Below, piece by piece: positions 1 through 9,271 of a DNA stretch of 64,000 nt (positions are counted from its first letter, which is position 1; every line of letters begins with the position of its first letter). A program made the translations under genes and the position numbers. Where the stretch lies: sequence record PZ445446.1; one strand, written 5' to 3'. The notes below the pieces were generated by a model. It did no database searches and had not been told where the DNA came from. It worked only from the letters and a program-made list of their open reading frames with translations. Source of the DNA: a phage.

Positions 1-136
1 TGGGCAAAAAGTCAACAAACTTATCTTGATCCTTGGTGGATGATCGAAAATAGTCGTTGACAGGAAGTAAGATTAGATATAAGATGCTTCACACAAACAG
101 AGCGTTGATTGTTTAACACTTAAGGAGACCGCTAAG

Positions 137-391
137 ATGAAAATTACTCTGAAGCCAGAATGCGTTGAAAATGACCGAGCTTTTAAAGATTGCACAATCG
201 GTGCAATTTATGAAGCAGAGTTTTGTGAGAACCCTTTGGTAAAAGCCCTTCTGGAAGAAGGAGCTCCTCTATCACAGGAAGAGCTTGATGAGTTGGAAAA
301 CTCAGCACAGTGCCTTACCTTTAAAGATGATGAAGGAGACTCTGTCTGGTGCACTGTTAATGAAGTAGTTTTTGTAAAACCTGAACATTAA
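137..391 (+). CDS. hypothetical small protein (tandem paralogue family with next two ORFs)
   Basis: 84 aa ORF; TTGACA-like promoter upstream at ~57-90; shares KDC...CT motifs with ORFs 455-727 and 724-1116. Confidence 0.5.
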   Translation: MKITLKPECVENDRAFKDCTIGAIYEAEFCENPLVKALLEEGAPLSQEELDELENSAQCLTFKDDEGDSVWCTVNEVVFVKPEH

Positions 392-393
392 TG

Positions 394-427
394 CTTGACA
401 ACAGTCATAGGGCCTACTATAATGGCC
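394..427 (+). promoter_or_regulatory. sigma70-like promoter
   Basis: TTGACA, 17 bp spacer, TATAAT, directly upstream of ORF starting at 455. Confidence 0.55.
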
Positions 428-454
428 CTATCAAAACGGAAGGGGACCACAGCA

Positions 455-727
455 ATGACCAAACAATATCAACGAATTAAAGCCAAGGTTAAGCCAGACT
501 ATCTGGAGAAGGACTCTGCTTTTCGGGACTGCACAGCTGACAAAGTTTACACAGGGGCCGTCCTGTTGAACGATGAACTTGAAGTAGATATTCTGGGTAA
601 AGAGGCCACTATTAAGGACGACCAAGGCGATTATGTTTGCTGCACCACACGTGAGCTAGAAATCTTAGAATACTTCGGTGAAATCTTCACCTCTCTTGAT
701 GATTACTTAGATGATGAGGAAGCGTGA
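455..727 (+). CDS. hypothetical small protein (paralogue of 137-391)
   Basis: Internal ATG at 455 chosen over track start 395 because the consensus promoter lies at 394-427; motifs FRDC...CCTTRE resemble neighbouring ORFs. Confidence 0.5.
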   Translation: MTKQYQRIKAKVKPDYLEKDSAFRDCTADKVYTGAVLLNDELEVDILGKEATIKDDQGDYVCCTTRELEILEYFGEIFTSLDDYLDDEEA

Positions 728-1116
728 TGAAAAATATTTGGGATATCGATATCTTTGAAGCCTCTAAGCTTGATGGTGCTGATGGAGTGATTATGGTGTC
801 TGATGGCAAGGCAACACTAACTTCTGGGGATATCATCTATGCCTTGGACGAGCTGGCGCTTCTGAAATCTACCGGTAACACTTTAGAGGAGCGTCTTCAA
901 GGCTTCGCCTTCAAAGAAGGCACAAATACCGCCATGATGTGCACCACACGGACAGTTCAAGTTGGTAACGGTGTCTATATGATCATTGCTGTGTGTCCTA
1001 AATTCAGCAACGTCAACAAAGATGATGCTGACGCTGTCAACGATGTGGTTGTTCTCTTCGTGGGTGACGCTATGGCAGATCTGATGAATGCAGGAGAAGC
1101 AGCAAATGAAGACTGA
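724..1116 (+). CDS. hypothetical protein
   Basis: 130 aa ORF, ATGA overlap with upstream gene; contains MCTTRT motif resembling the two upstream paralogues. Confidence 0.45.
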   Translation: MMKNIWDIDIFEASKLDGADGVIMVSDGKATLTSGDIIYALDELALLKSTGNTLEERLQGFAFKEGTNTAMMCTTRTVQVGNGVYMIIAVCPKFSNVNKDDADAVNDVVVLFVGDAMADLMNAGEAANED

Positions 1117-1408
1117 AAACATCACCCCCGCAGGGTTCTTAAAAGTATACCGTGAACTGCTATATACTACAGAGGACAGTGTTCTAGAGTATCCAGAATA
1201 TCTTTTGCTGTATAAGTATCTGCAGGAGGCTGGTGAAAATCTGCCAGTTAGTGCAGAAGGTGGTCCGAACTGGATATACAGCGCATGGAGAAAGGTTGAC
1301 ATTCTCCCCGACCCAGGTAAAGATATGGTAGTTTGGCAGCTTATTAACAACATCGGGATTCCAATCTTTGATGAAGCTGTTAAAATCTATTTTGAACTTG
1401 ACGATTAA
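1106..1408 (+). CDS. hypothetical protein
   Basis: ORF from track (1088-1408); start moved to ATG at 1106, which has caggagaag SD 6 nt upstream. Confidence 0.4.
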   Translation: MKTENITPAGFLKVYRELLYTTEDSVLEYPEYLLLYKYLQEAGENLPVSAEGGPNWIYSAWRKVDILPDPGKDMVVWQLINNIGIPIFDEAVKIYFELDD

Positions 1409-1425
1409 TATCAGGAGACCTTAAG

Positions 1426-1671
1426 ATGACTGAAGTAGTTGCTCGCGCAGGACAGAAAGTACGTTGTGTTGAAGTAGGTTTTGGTGGCAAAGGGTGTCAA
1501 AACTTGACTCAAGGTAAGGAATACGCTGTTATTTCTGGTGGTGGCGACGAAAGTATTGTGTTCGAGGGCCACATCCTGGATGCTGAAAACTTTGAAATCT
1601 TTGACGACGATGGAGATCCGATCACCTGCCTGCTGGACGGGAATTGGGGAACTTTCGAAGTGATTGGCTAA
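1426..1671 (+). CDS. hypothetical protein
   Basis: 81 aa ORF with aggagacc SD; no recognisable motif. Confidence 0.45.
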   Translation: MTEVVARAGQKVRCVEVGFGGKGCQNLTQGKEYAVISGGGDESIVFEGHILDAENFEIFDDDGDPITCLLDGNWGTFEVIG

Positions 1672-1754
1672 CAAATACCTATTGTAATTTACAGAAGGGG
1701 ATGCTAAAATAGTGTCTCCTTCTATGTTGTTCAAATAAAATCGGAGATTCCATA

Positions 1755-2120
1755 ATGGAACAAATGAACGATCAAGCGTCGGTTGCGATGAACGAGCAAG
1801 AACAACCTCAAGAATTTTTCTTAGGGTTAAGTAAAGATCAAGTGTCTCTTCTGCTAGTGCTTTCTTCTTTCATGGGAAGACTTCAGGAGCTCACACAACA
1901 GCCAGAGGCTGAACAATTATTCCAAGCTTTGCGTGAAGAAGAAAAATATCGTCGTTTGGACTATGCCTTAGGTTGGGTAGCTCAACAACGAGATATGCTG
2001 ATGGCCCTCTCTGGGACCACAAGTTTTGCAATGGGCCTGCTGGCTCAAGTTCAGGACAAATTAATTCAAGCAGGGTTTGCACACACGGCAAACACTAACG
2101 AAGAACAAGGAGACAAATAA
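1755..2120 (+). CDS. hypothetical protein
   Basis: 121 aa ORF; stop overlaps start of downstream SSB-like gene (TAATG). Confidence 0.45.
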   Translation: MEQMNDQASVAMNEQEQPQEFFLGLSKDQVSLLLVLSSFMGRLQELTQQPEAEQLFQALREEEKYRRLDYALGWVAQQRDMLMALSGTTSFAMGLLAQVQDKLIQAGFAHTANTNEEQGDK

Positions 2121-3346
2121 TGAGCGTTATTCAACAATTTGCTAACCCGATGAATCCGCGTGAAACTGTTTTACTGGCTCACGGCATGATTAAACGTGTC
2201 AGCATCAAACCTATCAAAGGTGCTGATCCTACAACAGGTATTAAAACCACTGTGTGGCAAGGTAAGAAAATTGAGTCCAGCCACACCATCTCTTTACTGA
2301 TTTCTGAACTGGATTCCTCTGATAACCTGCTTCAAGGTGGTGAAGAAGTCTGGATCAGTATGGGTGATAAACTGCTTAAACCGGGTCATCAAGACTCTGT
2401 CTCTGTTAAAATTGATGACAAGTGGGAAACCGTAACACCGGGATGGATCGTAAATATCCCTTTGAAGGCAAACGAGCATAACGGTAAGACCTATTACAAA
2501 GGCTCACTGGCTAAGATGGTCAAGCTGGGGGCAGGAGAGGCTCCAGCAGCGACTCAGCAGCAAAAACAGCAACAAGGTGCACAATCACAAGGCCAGAAGC
2601 AGAAACCTCAGCAGAATGCCAATCAGGACGTTTTACGCATCTATGGTGATGTGACTCAGATTGTTGGCAACGTGGTTACTGTTAATGACCACAAGATTGG
2701 CGAAGGTGCTATGGTTGTCACTGATGAGCAGCTTAAAGACCTGGTGGTAGGTGGTCGTGTTGCAGCCATTGTTGACAAAGACACCGGAAACATTATCAGT
2801 GGTTTCAAAGCCTATCCACCTAAGTCAGAGAACGGCACCCAAGGCTCTGGTGGCAAGCGTAAATCCTCTTACGACCCTATTGGTGTGGAGACGGGACATA
2901 GCATCAATGCGTTGCAAATCATCCTAGATCGCGGGTTTAAGGTGGACGACCCACTAAGCGTGGCTAAAACACTGCACGTAGTCACCATTGAGCTTAAGAA
3001 AGAGTATGCTCAAGCCACCAACCGAACTGAGGATGAAGTAGGTGCCAGTGTCGGTAATGCGGTGTTGAACGCTTGTCGCCGTATTGACAAGAAAACGAAA
3101 GTTGATGATTTTGCAGCGGCAATTACTGCAGAAGCAAAAGATGTCTTGACTAATCTGGCTGAGCCGTTGTACGATTGGATCAAGAACGGTGCTGGGTCAA
3201 CTGACCATCAAGAACCTCAGGCTGCCAAACAGGAAGCAGCTCCACAGCAAAATACTGTAGACGCTCCTCCTGTAAATGATGAGGAAGATGACCCGATGGA
3301 TCAGAATCCAGCACAGTACGCCTTTGATGATGACATCCCATTCTAA
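2120..3346 (+). CDS. single-stranded DNA-binding protein-like (two-domain, acidic C-terminal tip)
   Basis: 408 aa; ends in DDDIPF, identical to the conserved C-terminal tip of bacterial SSB; Q-rich low-complexity linker; second acidic stretch before the tail. Confidence 0.5.
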   Translation: MSVIQQFANPMNPRETVLLAHGMIKRVSIKPIKGADPTTGIKTTVWQGKKIESSHTISLLISELDSSDNLLQGGEEVWISMGDKLLKPGHQDSVSVKIDDKWETVTPGWIVNIPLKANEHNGKTYYKGSLAKMVKLGAGEAPAATQQQKQQQGAQSQGQKQKPQQNANQDVLRIYGDVTQIVGNVVTVNDHKIGEGAMVVTDEQLKDLVVGGRVAAIVDKDTGNIISGFKAYPPKSENGTQGSGGKRKSSYDPIGVETGHSINALQIILDRGFKVDDPLSVAKTLHVVTIELKKEYAQATNRTEDEVGASVGNAVLNACRRIDKKTKVDDFAAAITAEAKDVLTNLAEPLYDWIKNGAGSTDHQEPQAAKQEAAPQQNTVDAPPVNDEEDDPMDQNPAQYAFDDDIPF

Positions 3347-3361
3347 CATATAGTTAACATA

Positions 3362-3390
3362 GCCCTGCCCGAAAGGGTGGGGCATTTTTG
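3362..3390 (+). terminator. rho-independent terminator candidate
   Basis: GC hairpin gccctgccc-gaaa-gggtggggc followed by attttt, immediately after the SSB-like stop. Confidence 0.45.
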
Positions 3391-3408
3391 TATAAGGAGA
3401 TCTGAAAA

Positions 3409-3825
3409 ATGACATTAGAAGATATCATTGTTAAGCCTGAGAACTATGACCAATACAACCTGTCAACTCAATCTGTAGACCTTGGATGCGCCACGGTCAG
3501 TGCGTGGCTGGTTAACGGAAAAGAGCTGGATAAATGCTTAGAAGCTCACATGTCTATTAACAAGTTTCTGGATGAAAATACTCACTGGCTTGAGGGTGCA
3601 GGCGTATATGCTTCATGGTTGGAGAGTATGGGATTCGACTACCAATCTGAAGAGGGGTGGTGGAGCTATTTAGCTATCTGCCCAGAGACGCTGCAATGCT
3701 TCATGAAATATTCTGAAGATTTAGAGTATCGCGCTGTGGTTGACAGTGCTATTGCCCGTTATAGCCGTAAACCTTTTTCCCACGACATTAAAACTGTGGA
3801 AGAATTTGTTGAAGTTTTCTGTTGA
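3409..3825 (+). CDS. hypothetical protein
   Basis: 138 aa ORF with aaggaga SD. Confidence 0.45.
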   Translation: MTLEDIIVKPENYDQYNLSTQSVDLGCATVSAWLVNGKELDKCLEAHMSINKFLDENTHWLEGAGVYASWLESMGFDYQSEEGWWSYLAICPETLQCFMKYSEDLEYRAVVDSAIARYSRKPFSHDIKTVEEFVEVFC

Positions 3826-3921
3826 CACAGGTTGAAAGGTGTGCAATTATAACTTCATAGAACGGGAGGACGTGATGAACGAAGAAAACTGGGATGTATA
3901 ACTAACAGGAGGCCACTGCCC

Positions 3922-4119
3922 ATGATTTATCGAATCCGTGTAAGAGAAGATGCACCAGGCTGTTACTTTGACTGGCGTGGGTGGTGGTTTCTCCACCCGA
4001 TGGATGGACTCACAGATAGAATGCTGGATGCTGCCCTTTATACAGATACCGACATAGAATATAATCTCTATCTGAAGGACGGTATAGATAACGGTCTATT
4101 TGAAGCAATTCCTGTGTAA
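3922..4119 (+). CDS. hypothetical small protein
   Basis: 65 aa ORF with aggagg SD. Confidence 0.4.
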   Translation: MIYRIRVREDAPGCYFDWRGWWFLHPMDGLTDRMLDAALYTDTDIEYNLYLKDGIDNGLFEAIPV

Positions 4120-4187
4120 GAGACTGTGATAGCCATGTTTTATGATCTTCCTGTAGCACCACCACCTGTTGAACCTGGAGAACTAAG

Positions 4188-4613
4188 ATGATCTATGAAA
4201 TGCCAAAACTGATTCGTGACGATGCCCAAAACGCTCACACCATTATTATGGGCAAACGCATGGATATTATTTGTCATAAAGATTTCTGGGAAGGAAGTTA
4301 CTTCACAGAGTATTTTGGTAAACTGGACAATGGTCTGCTGATCCAGTTCTACACCGATGCGGAAAACAACATTCACTGGGAGTTCGAAACTGAAGATATC
4401 CATAAACTTTTCACCTTCCTCGGTATTAAGGTTGAGGCCAAGTTTGAAGAAGGTGAGTGCGACGATTGTGGATTCTATGAGGTAACAGATTTCTACCTTC
4501 CAAGTGGTAAAAATCTCTACTACGAAAGCCACTTCGGCAACTCAAATATGCCACAGGGTTGGGATGAGTTTTTGGAAATTGCAGAAGAGGAGCTGAAATA
4601 CCGTGATTATTGA
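4188..4613 (+). CDS. hypothetical protein
   Basis: 141 aa ORF; overlaps downstream gene start. Confidence 0.45.
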   Translation: MIYEMPKLIRDDAQNAHTIIMGKRMDIICHKDFWEGSYFTEYFGKLDNGLLIQFYTDAENNIHWEFETEDIHKLFTFLGIKVEAKFEEGECDDCGFYEVTDFYLPSGKNLYYESHFGNSNMPQGWDEFLEIAEEELKYRDY

Positions 4614-5061
4614 TACTGTAAAGGGAGATCTAATCTCCATTTTCAAGAAAGGGTCAGGCCACATGATCCACGGTTGTAACTGCTTTCACACAATGGGTGC
4701 AGGTATAGCGAAAGATATTGCCCGTGAGTTCCCTCAAGCACTGGCAGCCGACAAAGAGACTGCTTATGGTAATCTAGACAAGCTGGGTATGTTTTCTTGT
4801 TGGGAGCATTTTGCCAAGACCAGGGTCGTATATGGAATCAACCTGTATACCCAGTTCTACCCAGGGCCCAATGCTGAATACTTCTCAATCATGAAAGGTT
4901 TTGAGCGAGTCAACGAGGTATTCAAAGGTATGTCATTGCCGTTCTACATTCCTAAAATCGGATGCGGTATTGGAGGTCTAAAGTGGGAACATGTAGAAGA
5001 TGTAATTAATCTTGCAACCACAGATATTGATGTGGTTGTAGTAGAGTACAAAAAGTGTTGA
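4603..5061 (+). CDS. macro-domain-like protein (putative ADP-ribose binding/processing)
   Basis: 152 aa; HGCNC...MGAGIAKDIA and IPKIGCGIGG resemble macro-domain glycine-rich ADP-ribose binding loops. Confidence 0.4.
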   Translation: MIIDTVKGDLISIFKKGSGHMIHGCNCFHTMGAGIAKDIAREFPQALAADKETAYGNLDKLGMFSCWEHFAKTRVVYGINLYTQFYPGPNAEYFSIMKGFERVNEVFKGMSLPFYIPKIGCGIGGLKWEHVEDVINLATTDIDVVVVEYKKC

Positions 5062-5115
5062 CGACCATCTTCTGAGGTGATATAGTTTCCACAACAACTA
5101 AAAGAGGAGAGCACT

Positions 5116-5286
5116 GTGGAGACTAAAATCTTAATTCTTGCTGTGGTAGATACAACCGAAGGAGCTATATTCGAATCTGCAGGAGGGTATTTCTACCTAC
5201 CATACGGAAAAAGAACTTCCGAGCCAAGTAAAGATTCAATCCTCAAAGTGTTCCCGTGTGCTTTCTGGCTGGAGATTTTGGTATAA
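5116..5286 (+). CDS. hypothetical small protein (GTG start)
   Basis: ~56 aa ORF not in track; GTG preceded by aaagaggag SD and TTGACG/TATAGT promoter-like sequence at ~5060-5092. Confidence 0.25.
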   Translation: METKILILAVVDTTEGAIFESAGGYFYLPYGKRTSEPSKDSILKVFPCAFWLEILV

Positions 5287-5312
5287 GATTGCAGATGATT
5301 TGGGAGAGAATT

Positions 5313-5507
5313 ATGAGAAACAAGAAAGAACTTTACTCTGGTGAGTGGATCAACGATCAACAGGTGGGAGAGGTAACCTGCTTCCGATGTTTTACCAGGT
5401 ACAATCTTAAAACTGCACCAAAAAGTGTTCCAAAGACTGATGGTTATTATATAAAAGAACCTCATTGCCCAAAATGTAAATGCCGATTGTACTGGAGCAA
5501 TCTGTAA
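5313..5507 (+). CDS. zinc-ribbon small protein
   Basis: 64 aa from internal ATG with ggagag SD; CFRC...CPKCKC four-cysteine motif. Confidence 0.4.
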   Translation: MRNKKELYSGEWINDQQVGEVTCFRCFTRYNLKTAPKSVPKTDGYYIKEPHCPKCKCRLYWSNL

Positions 5508-5511
5508 GAGG

Positions 5512-5539
5512 TTGACATCTGAAAACTGCAGTGTATAAT
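5512..5539 (+). promoter_or_regulatory. sigma70-like promoter
   Basis: TTGACA, 16 bp spacer, TATAAT upstream of ORF 5571. Confidence 0.5.
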
Positions 5540-5570
5540 ATACGCATAAACTAACAGAGAGCGATGTATT

Positions 5571-5762
5571 ATGGTAATTTTTAACCGGGATGGTATCATA
5601 GTTAGACAGCACCCGTTCCTTGAATACTATCAAATTGAGCAATGGTGCTACGGGGATTGCAGTCACTCCTATGGGCAAAGTTGGGGATACCGTACAGTTT
5701 TTGAATCCACAGACCTTGACAAAGTAAGACAGAAAGTTTTAGAACTTATTAACAACAAGTGA
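5571..5762 (+). CDS. hypothetical small protein
   Basis: 63 aa ORF downstream of consensus promoter. Confidence 0.45.
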   Translation: MVIFNRDGIIVRQHPFLEYYQIEQWCYGDCSHSYGQSWGYRTVFESTDLDKVRQKVLELINNK

Positions 5763-5769
5763 GTATGAT

Positions 5770-6102
5770 ATGGTAACATTAGAAAGACGTAAAGCTATTG
5801 CCGCCACACTGGCAGACATCTTTTGGGATTGTAATTTAAAATCTACCCGAAATTGTGGCGCATCTGTAGATGTATTATTCCCACGGCCTACTATTGTTGC
5901 AATGGGCAACCTTCTTGATGTGGTATATGGAGCATGGGACAAGGAAGGTGGATTCTATATCTGGCAACCTGACTACGGGACTTGGAAAGAGGTTAGTGGT
6001 TCTACGGACTTCACTCCTGCAGTGGCTAAAATGGATGGCTGGAAAATCTATGTCGGTAACGACATGGAACTGAAAGGCGAAATTGTTTACTGGTTACCTT
6101 AA
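5770..6102 (+). CDS. hypothetical protein
   Basis: 110 aa ORF, tight spacing to neighbours. Confidence 0.45.
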   Translation: MVTLERRKAIAATLADIFWDCNLKSTRNCGASVDVLFPRPTIVAMGNLLDVVYGAWDKEGGFYIWQPDYGTWKEVSGSTDFTPAVAKMDGWKIYVGNDMELKGEIVYWLP

Positions 6103-6122
6103 GAAAGTGCAGGAGATAAAGT

Positions 6123-6368
6123 ATGAACAAAGGGTGGACATTTGTAGACGGCGTTGAAAACATGCCTCTAGGAAAGTATATTGTAGCCATGGCAGATGAG
6201 AATGGCAAGGTTGATTTCGGAGCTTGCGAGATTGTTCTTGCAGGATCTGGTGACCATGTGCACAAAACTGGGATAATTAACGGTCATTTCTACTTTGATT
6301 ACAACCCTGTTGTGGCGTATATGGCTATGCCAGAGTTAGAGCTCCCAAAGGAGGGTGCAGATGTTTAA
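6123..6368 (+). CDS. hypothetical protein
   Basis: 81 aa ORF with aggagataaag SD. Confidence 0.45.
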   Translation: MNKGWTFVDGVENMPLGKYIVAMADENGKVDFGACEIVLAGSGDHVHKTGIINGHFYFDYNPVVAYMAMPELELPKEGADV

Positions 6369-6558
6369 GCTTAAATCTGCATGGAACATCGCTGTGGGGG
6401 ATGAGATCCGCATCCCAGGTGGAAAGACCATTATGAAGATATCACGTATCGAGTATGAAGGTGATCGTGTATTTCATATCTTTGCAGAAGATGGTCGAGA
6501 AATTTATATACAGGCAGGCTCTCACATCTATATCAGTAAGAAAGGGGACGACAAATGA
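6355..6558 (+). CDS. hypothetical small protein
   Basis: 67 aa ORF overlapping upstream gene end with aggag SD. Confidence 0.4.
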   Translation: MQMFKLKSAWNIAVGDEIRIPGGKTIMKISRIEYEGDRVFHIFAEDGREIYIQAGSHIYISKKGDDK

Positions 6559-6887
6559 CAGAGATCATCGTTTCAACTGCAGGGTATGTATTCCTGACAA
6601 TCATTGCGTTGGCTATTCTGGTGGCGGTGTATGGATTTGTTATCCTGCCTATTCTTGAGACATTTAGCTTGTGTCGGTGTTGGAGAAAAGCTTACGGACC
6701 ACAACCGTGGAAAGACTGGTTTCATTTGGTGCGTATAGCGTTCTCTTATGCCTATGATCACTCCAGCAGTGCATGCGTAACCGGGTACCATGCCTACAAC
6801 TGGAACTGGGAAGGGCTTGGGAGATGGACTGTTACAAAAACTATACCCTTACGGTTGTATAAAGGAAAGAACACACTGGGAGCCTGA
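6555..6887 (+). CDS. putative membrane protein
   Basis: 110 aa; ATGA overlap with upstream gene; N-terminal hydrophobic segments. Confidence 0.4.
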   Translation: MTEIIVSTAGYVFLTIIALAILVAVYGFVILPILETFSLCRCWRKAYGPQPWKDWFHLVRIAFSYAYDHSSSACVTGYHAYNWNWEGLGRWTVTKTIPLRLYKGKNTLGA

Positions 6888-6889
6888 TA

Positions 6890-7900
6890 TTTTAAGTTAT
6901 CAGATTGCCAGAGATCAGGAGGATTTCTAAAATGGATTTCCTCCTTTTGATATTTTACCTACCAGGATATTTTAAAATCCTTAGAAAATCAGAAAATGGA
7001 TCGAAAACTAAAATGGATTTTTCAGAGCAGGCACGACGAGATGAACCACTCATCCTATCGTCTGCACCATATTCCAGACCACCATTACAGATTTCCCGCA
7101 CATGCTCACACCCTTCTACTAGAACTTCCCCCACTTACCCTTGACCTTTTATAGTAATAATCCAACCACTACCTTGAAGTTGTGGCGCAGCTTTCCAAGT
7201 ACTCGATCTGTTTTTCGTTTCAAAGATTGAATTTTCTGAAAATTTTTCTCGATAAATTTCTCAGTACTCGATCTGTTTTTCGTTTTCTGAATCGGATTTT
7301 CTGGAAATCGTTCCGGCTCTCGACCTGAAATTTTTGGGGACGAAATCGATTTTTCGTTTTCAGAAATGGATTTTTAAAATTTCTATATGGGAATATTTTA
7401 GTGGATACTATTTTATAGGAAATTGTTACGGAGGATAATTAGCGTGCTAATTAAATTTATTAAATGCGAGGAGTTCTCATTTAGAATTTTGAATGATAAT
7501 CATTCTCGTTTGCAGAATAACGGGCAGGCCCGGTGATTGTCTCCCGGCCCCTACTGCCCCGGCTTGTTATTATAGTAACACACAGGACAAAGAAAGCAAG
7601 AAGTTTTTGCATAAATTTTTAGACGATAATGATAATCGTTCTCATTTCATGCAGCGCCCATCCCCGGTGGTTGTCTCCCCCGTCACCGGTGCCTGCCGTC
7701 CTTTCGATAGGTATATTTTGCCACCTGGCGGGGCCGCTGTCAACACTTTTCAAAAAAAAAAAAAATTCTAACCTGATGCGCTGACCGCTGCAACCTGGCG
7801 GGGCCAGCCTGGCAGGGCCTAACTGACCAGGTAGGAGAGAATGAAGGCTTGCAAACCTGGTGGGCCTATGCTATAGGATAGGTAACAATTGAAGAGGAGG
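6890..7900. repeat. non-coding repeat-rich region
   Basis: Two direct copies of gtactcgatctgtttttcgttt (~7200 and ~7264), several aaatggattt / gattttc units, paired gataatc(a/g)ttctc and gtg(a/g)ttgtctccc copies, and an A14 homopolymer at ~7752-7765. Confidence 0.6.
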
Positions 7901-7907
7901 TACAAAA

Positions 7908-8045
7908 ATGGAAGGTAATATGATCCCCCTGGTTGAAAAGGCTATGGCGGGAGCGTTGGAACATAAAGAAGAGTACGAAAAAATGATGGTTAACCTGGCA
8001 GGGGCGGCGGCTGGAGAATTCTACCCAAAAAATAATTTTAACTAA
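7908..8045 (+). CDS. hypothetical micro-protein
   Basis: 45 aa ORF not in track; strong SD agaggagg 6 nt upstream of ATG. Confidence 0.35.
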   Translation: MEGNMIPLVEKAMAGALEHKEEYEKMMVNLAGAAAGEFYPKNNFN

Positions 8046-8130
8046 TGGTTGACAGCTCGGACAGTTCTTGTTATTCTTATCCTCACAAGGTGAACAACAC
8101 CACACCAATTAACAGAGAGGATAAAAAATC

Positions 8131-8328
8131 ATGAACGCCTACGGAATTAAAGTACGTCGCAACACTCGCCAGGTGGTCACCAATCAAGTGATTTGCCGGG
8201 TGGATGTAACCATCAACAACGGGCAAGGCCTTTATAAATTTCGTCGCGGTCATAGCTATACCCTGCAACAGCTTAACCGTTGCGCCCTGACAAAAGGTCA
8301 GATCAACCACTGGTTTAATAAAAAATAA
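8131..8328 (+). CDS. hypothetical small protein
   Basis: 65 aa ORF; TTGACA promoter-like sequence at ~8048 and agagaggataaaaaatc SD. Confidence 0.45.
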   Translation: MNAYGIKVRRNTRQVVTNQVICRVDVTINNGQGLYKFRRGHSYTLQQLNRCALTKGQINHWFNKK

Positions 8329-8391
8329 TGTTGACATATGGTCTGACACAAAATACACTGAAATCACAAAAGACACTAAGAGGATAAAATC

Positions 8392-8790
8392 ATGAAAACC
8401 ACTACCTTTAATTTTGATAATGCGGACTTTTCTTTTTCTGATGTCAAGAACTGCCGCCGTGATCGTGGATTTTACAAGGCTTATAATCTGGTGGGCCTGG
8501 ACGATGACAATAATTTGCACGAAGTAGCTGAGATCCGGTATTATGCCGCCGCCAGTGGTAACACTCACTACTGCGTGTTTTGGATTCACGACAACAAGAA
8601 CAATAAGTACGGTTATACTGGCGGCAAGGCGAGCGGTCACGGTTACGATAAAGCTAACGCAGCACTTGAGAGCGCATTAAATGCTATGGGGATCACTGCC
8701 GACGGCTGGATCTACGAAGAAGAGTTTTTGTCGGCACTTGCTGACCACCTGGGCTATAAAAAGCACATTGTGACATGCGCCCACGAATAA
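8392..8790 (+). CDS. hypothetical protein
   Basis: 132 aa ORF; TTGACA promoter-like at ~8331 and aagaggataaaatc SD. Confidence 0.5.
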   Translation: MKTTTFNFDNADFSFSDVKNCRRDRGFYKAYNLVGLDDDNNLHEVAEIRYYAAASGNTHYCVFWIHDNKNNKYGYTGGKASGHGYDKANAALESALNAMGITADGWIYEEEFLSALADHLGYKKHIVTCAHE

Positions 8791-8873
8791 AAATCATTGA
8801 CACGCTGCAAAATTTAAGTAAACTAGACACAAAAGGCGGGAATGTTTCCCGCCAGCACAAAGGAAAAAAGATC

Positions 8874-9269
8874 ATGAATAAGAACGTACGCCGCATCATG
8901 AACGAACTGGCAAACGATGAAAAAATTATTGACATGCATTTAGTCAACATTTGCCGCCGTTGTGTAACATATAACAACCGCGCCGCAAAAGCGCGTGAGA
9001 TGAACGCAAAAGGCACCTTAAAGCCCTTTCAGGTGGTTGTAAAATCTATAACCAGTGCAGCAGGCCAGGCGCATGACCACAACAACGGGAGCACTAATAT
9101 TGATCCGTCTTACGTAATGAAACGGATCCGGACTTGCAAGAATAAAGAGCAGGTGTATAATGTCATAGACTGGTTGGATTCTATGGGCGATGTGGTTTAC
9201 AATAGGTTTTCTGCAGCTATCGAGATCCAGCTTGACAGGTTGGACGGTAAAGTACTGAAAACTTACTAA
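8874..9269 (+). CDS. hypothetical protein
   Basis: Internal ATG at 8874 chosen; upstream TTGACA, then 5'-UTR hairpin ggcggga-atgtt-tcccgcc, then aggaaaaaag SD. Confidence 0.45.
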   Translation: MNKNVRRIMNELANDEKIIDMHLVNICRRCVTYNNRAAKAREMNAKGTLKPFQVVVKSITSAAGQAHDHNNGSTNIDPSYVMKRIRTCKNKEQVYNVIDWLDSMGDVVYNRFSAAIEIQLDRLDGKVLKTY

Positions 9270-9271
9270 GA

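Noticed and set aside
6905-7771. Track ORFs 6905-7144 and 7493-7771 inside the repeat zone
   Set aside because: Lie wholly in tandem/inverted repeats and the A14 tract; the apparent SD at 6908-6913 is one arm of an inverted repeat; products are low-complexity.
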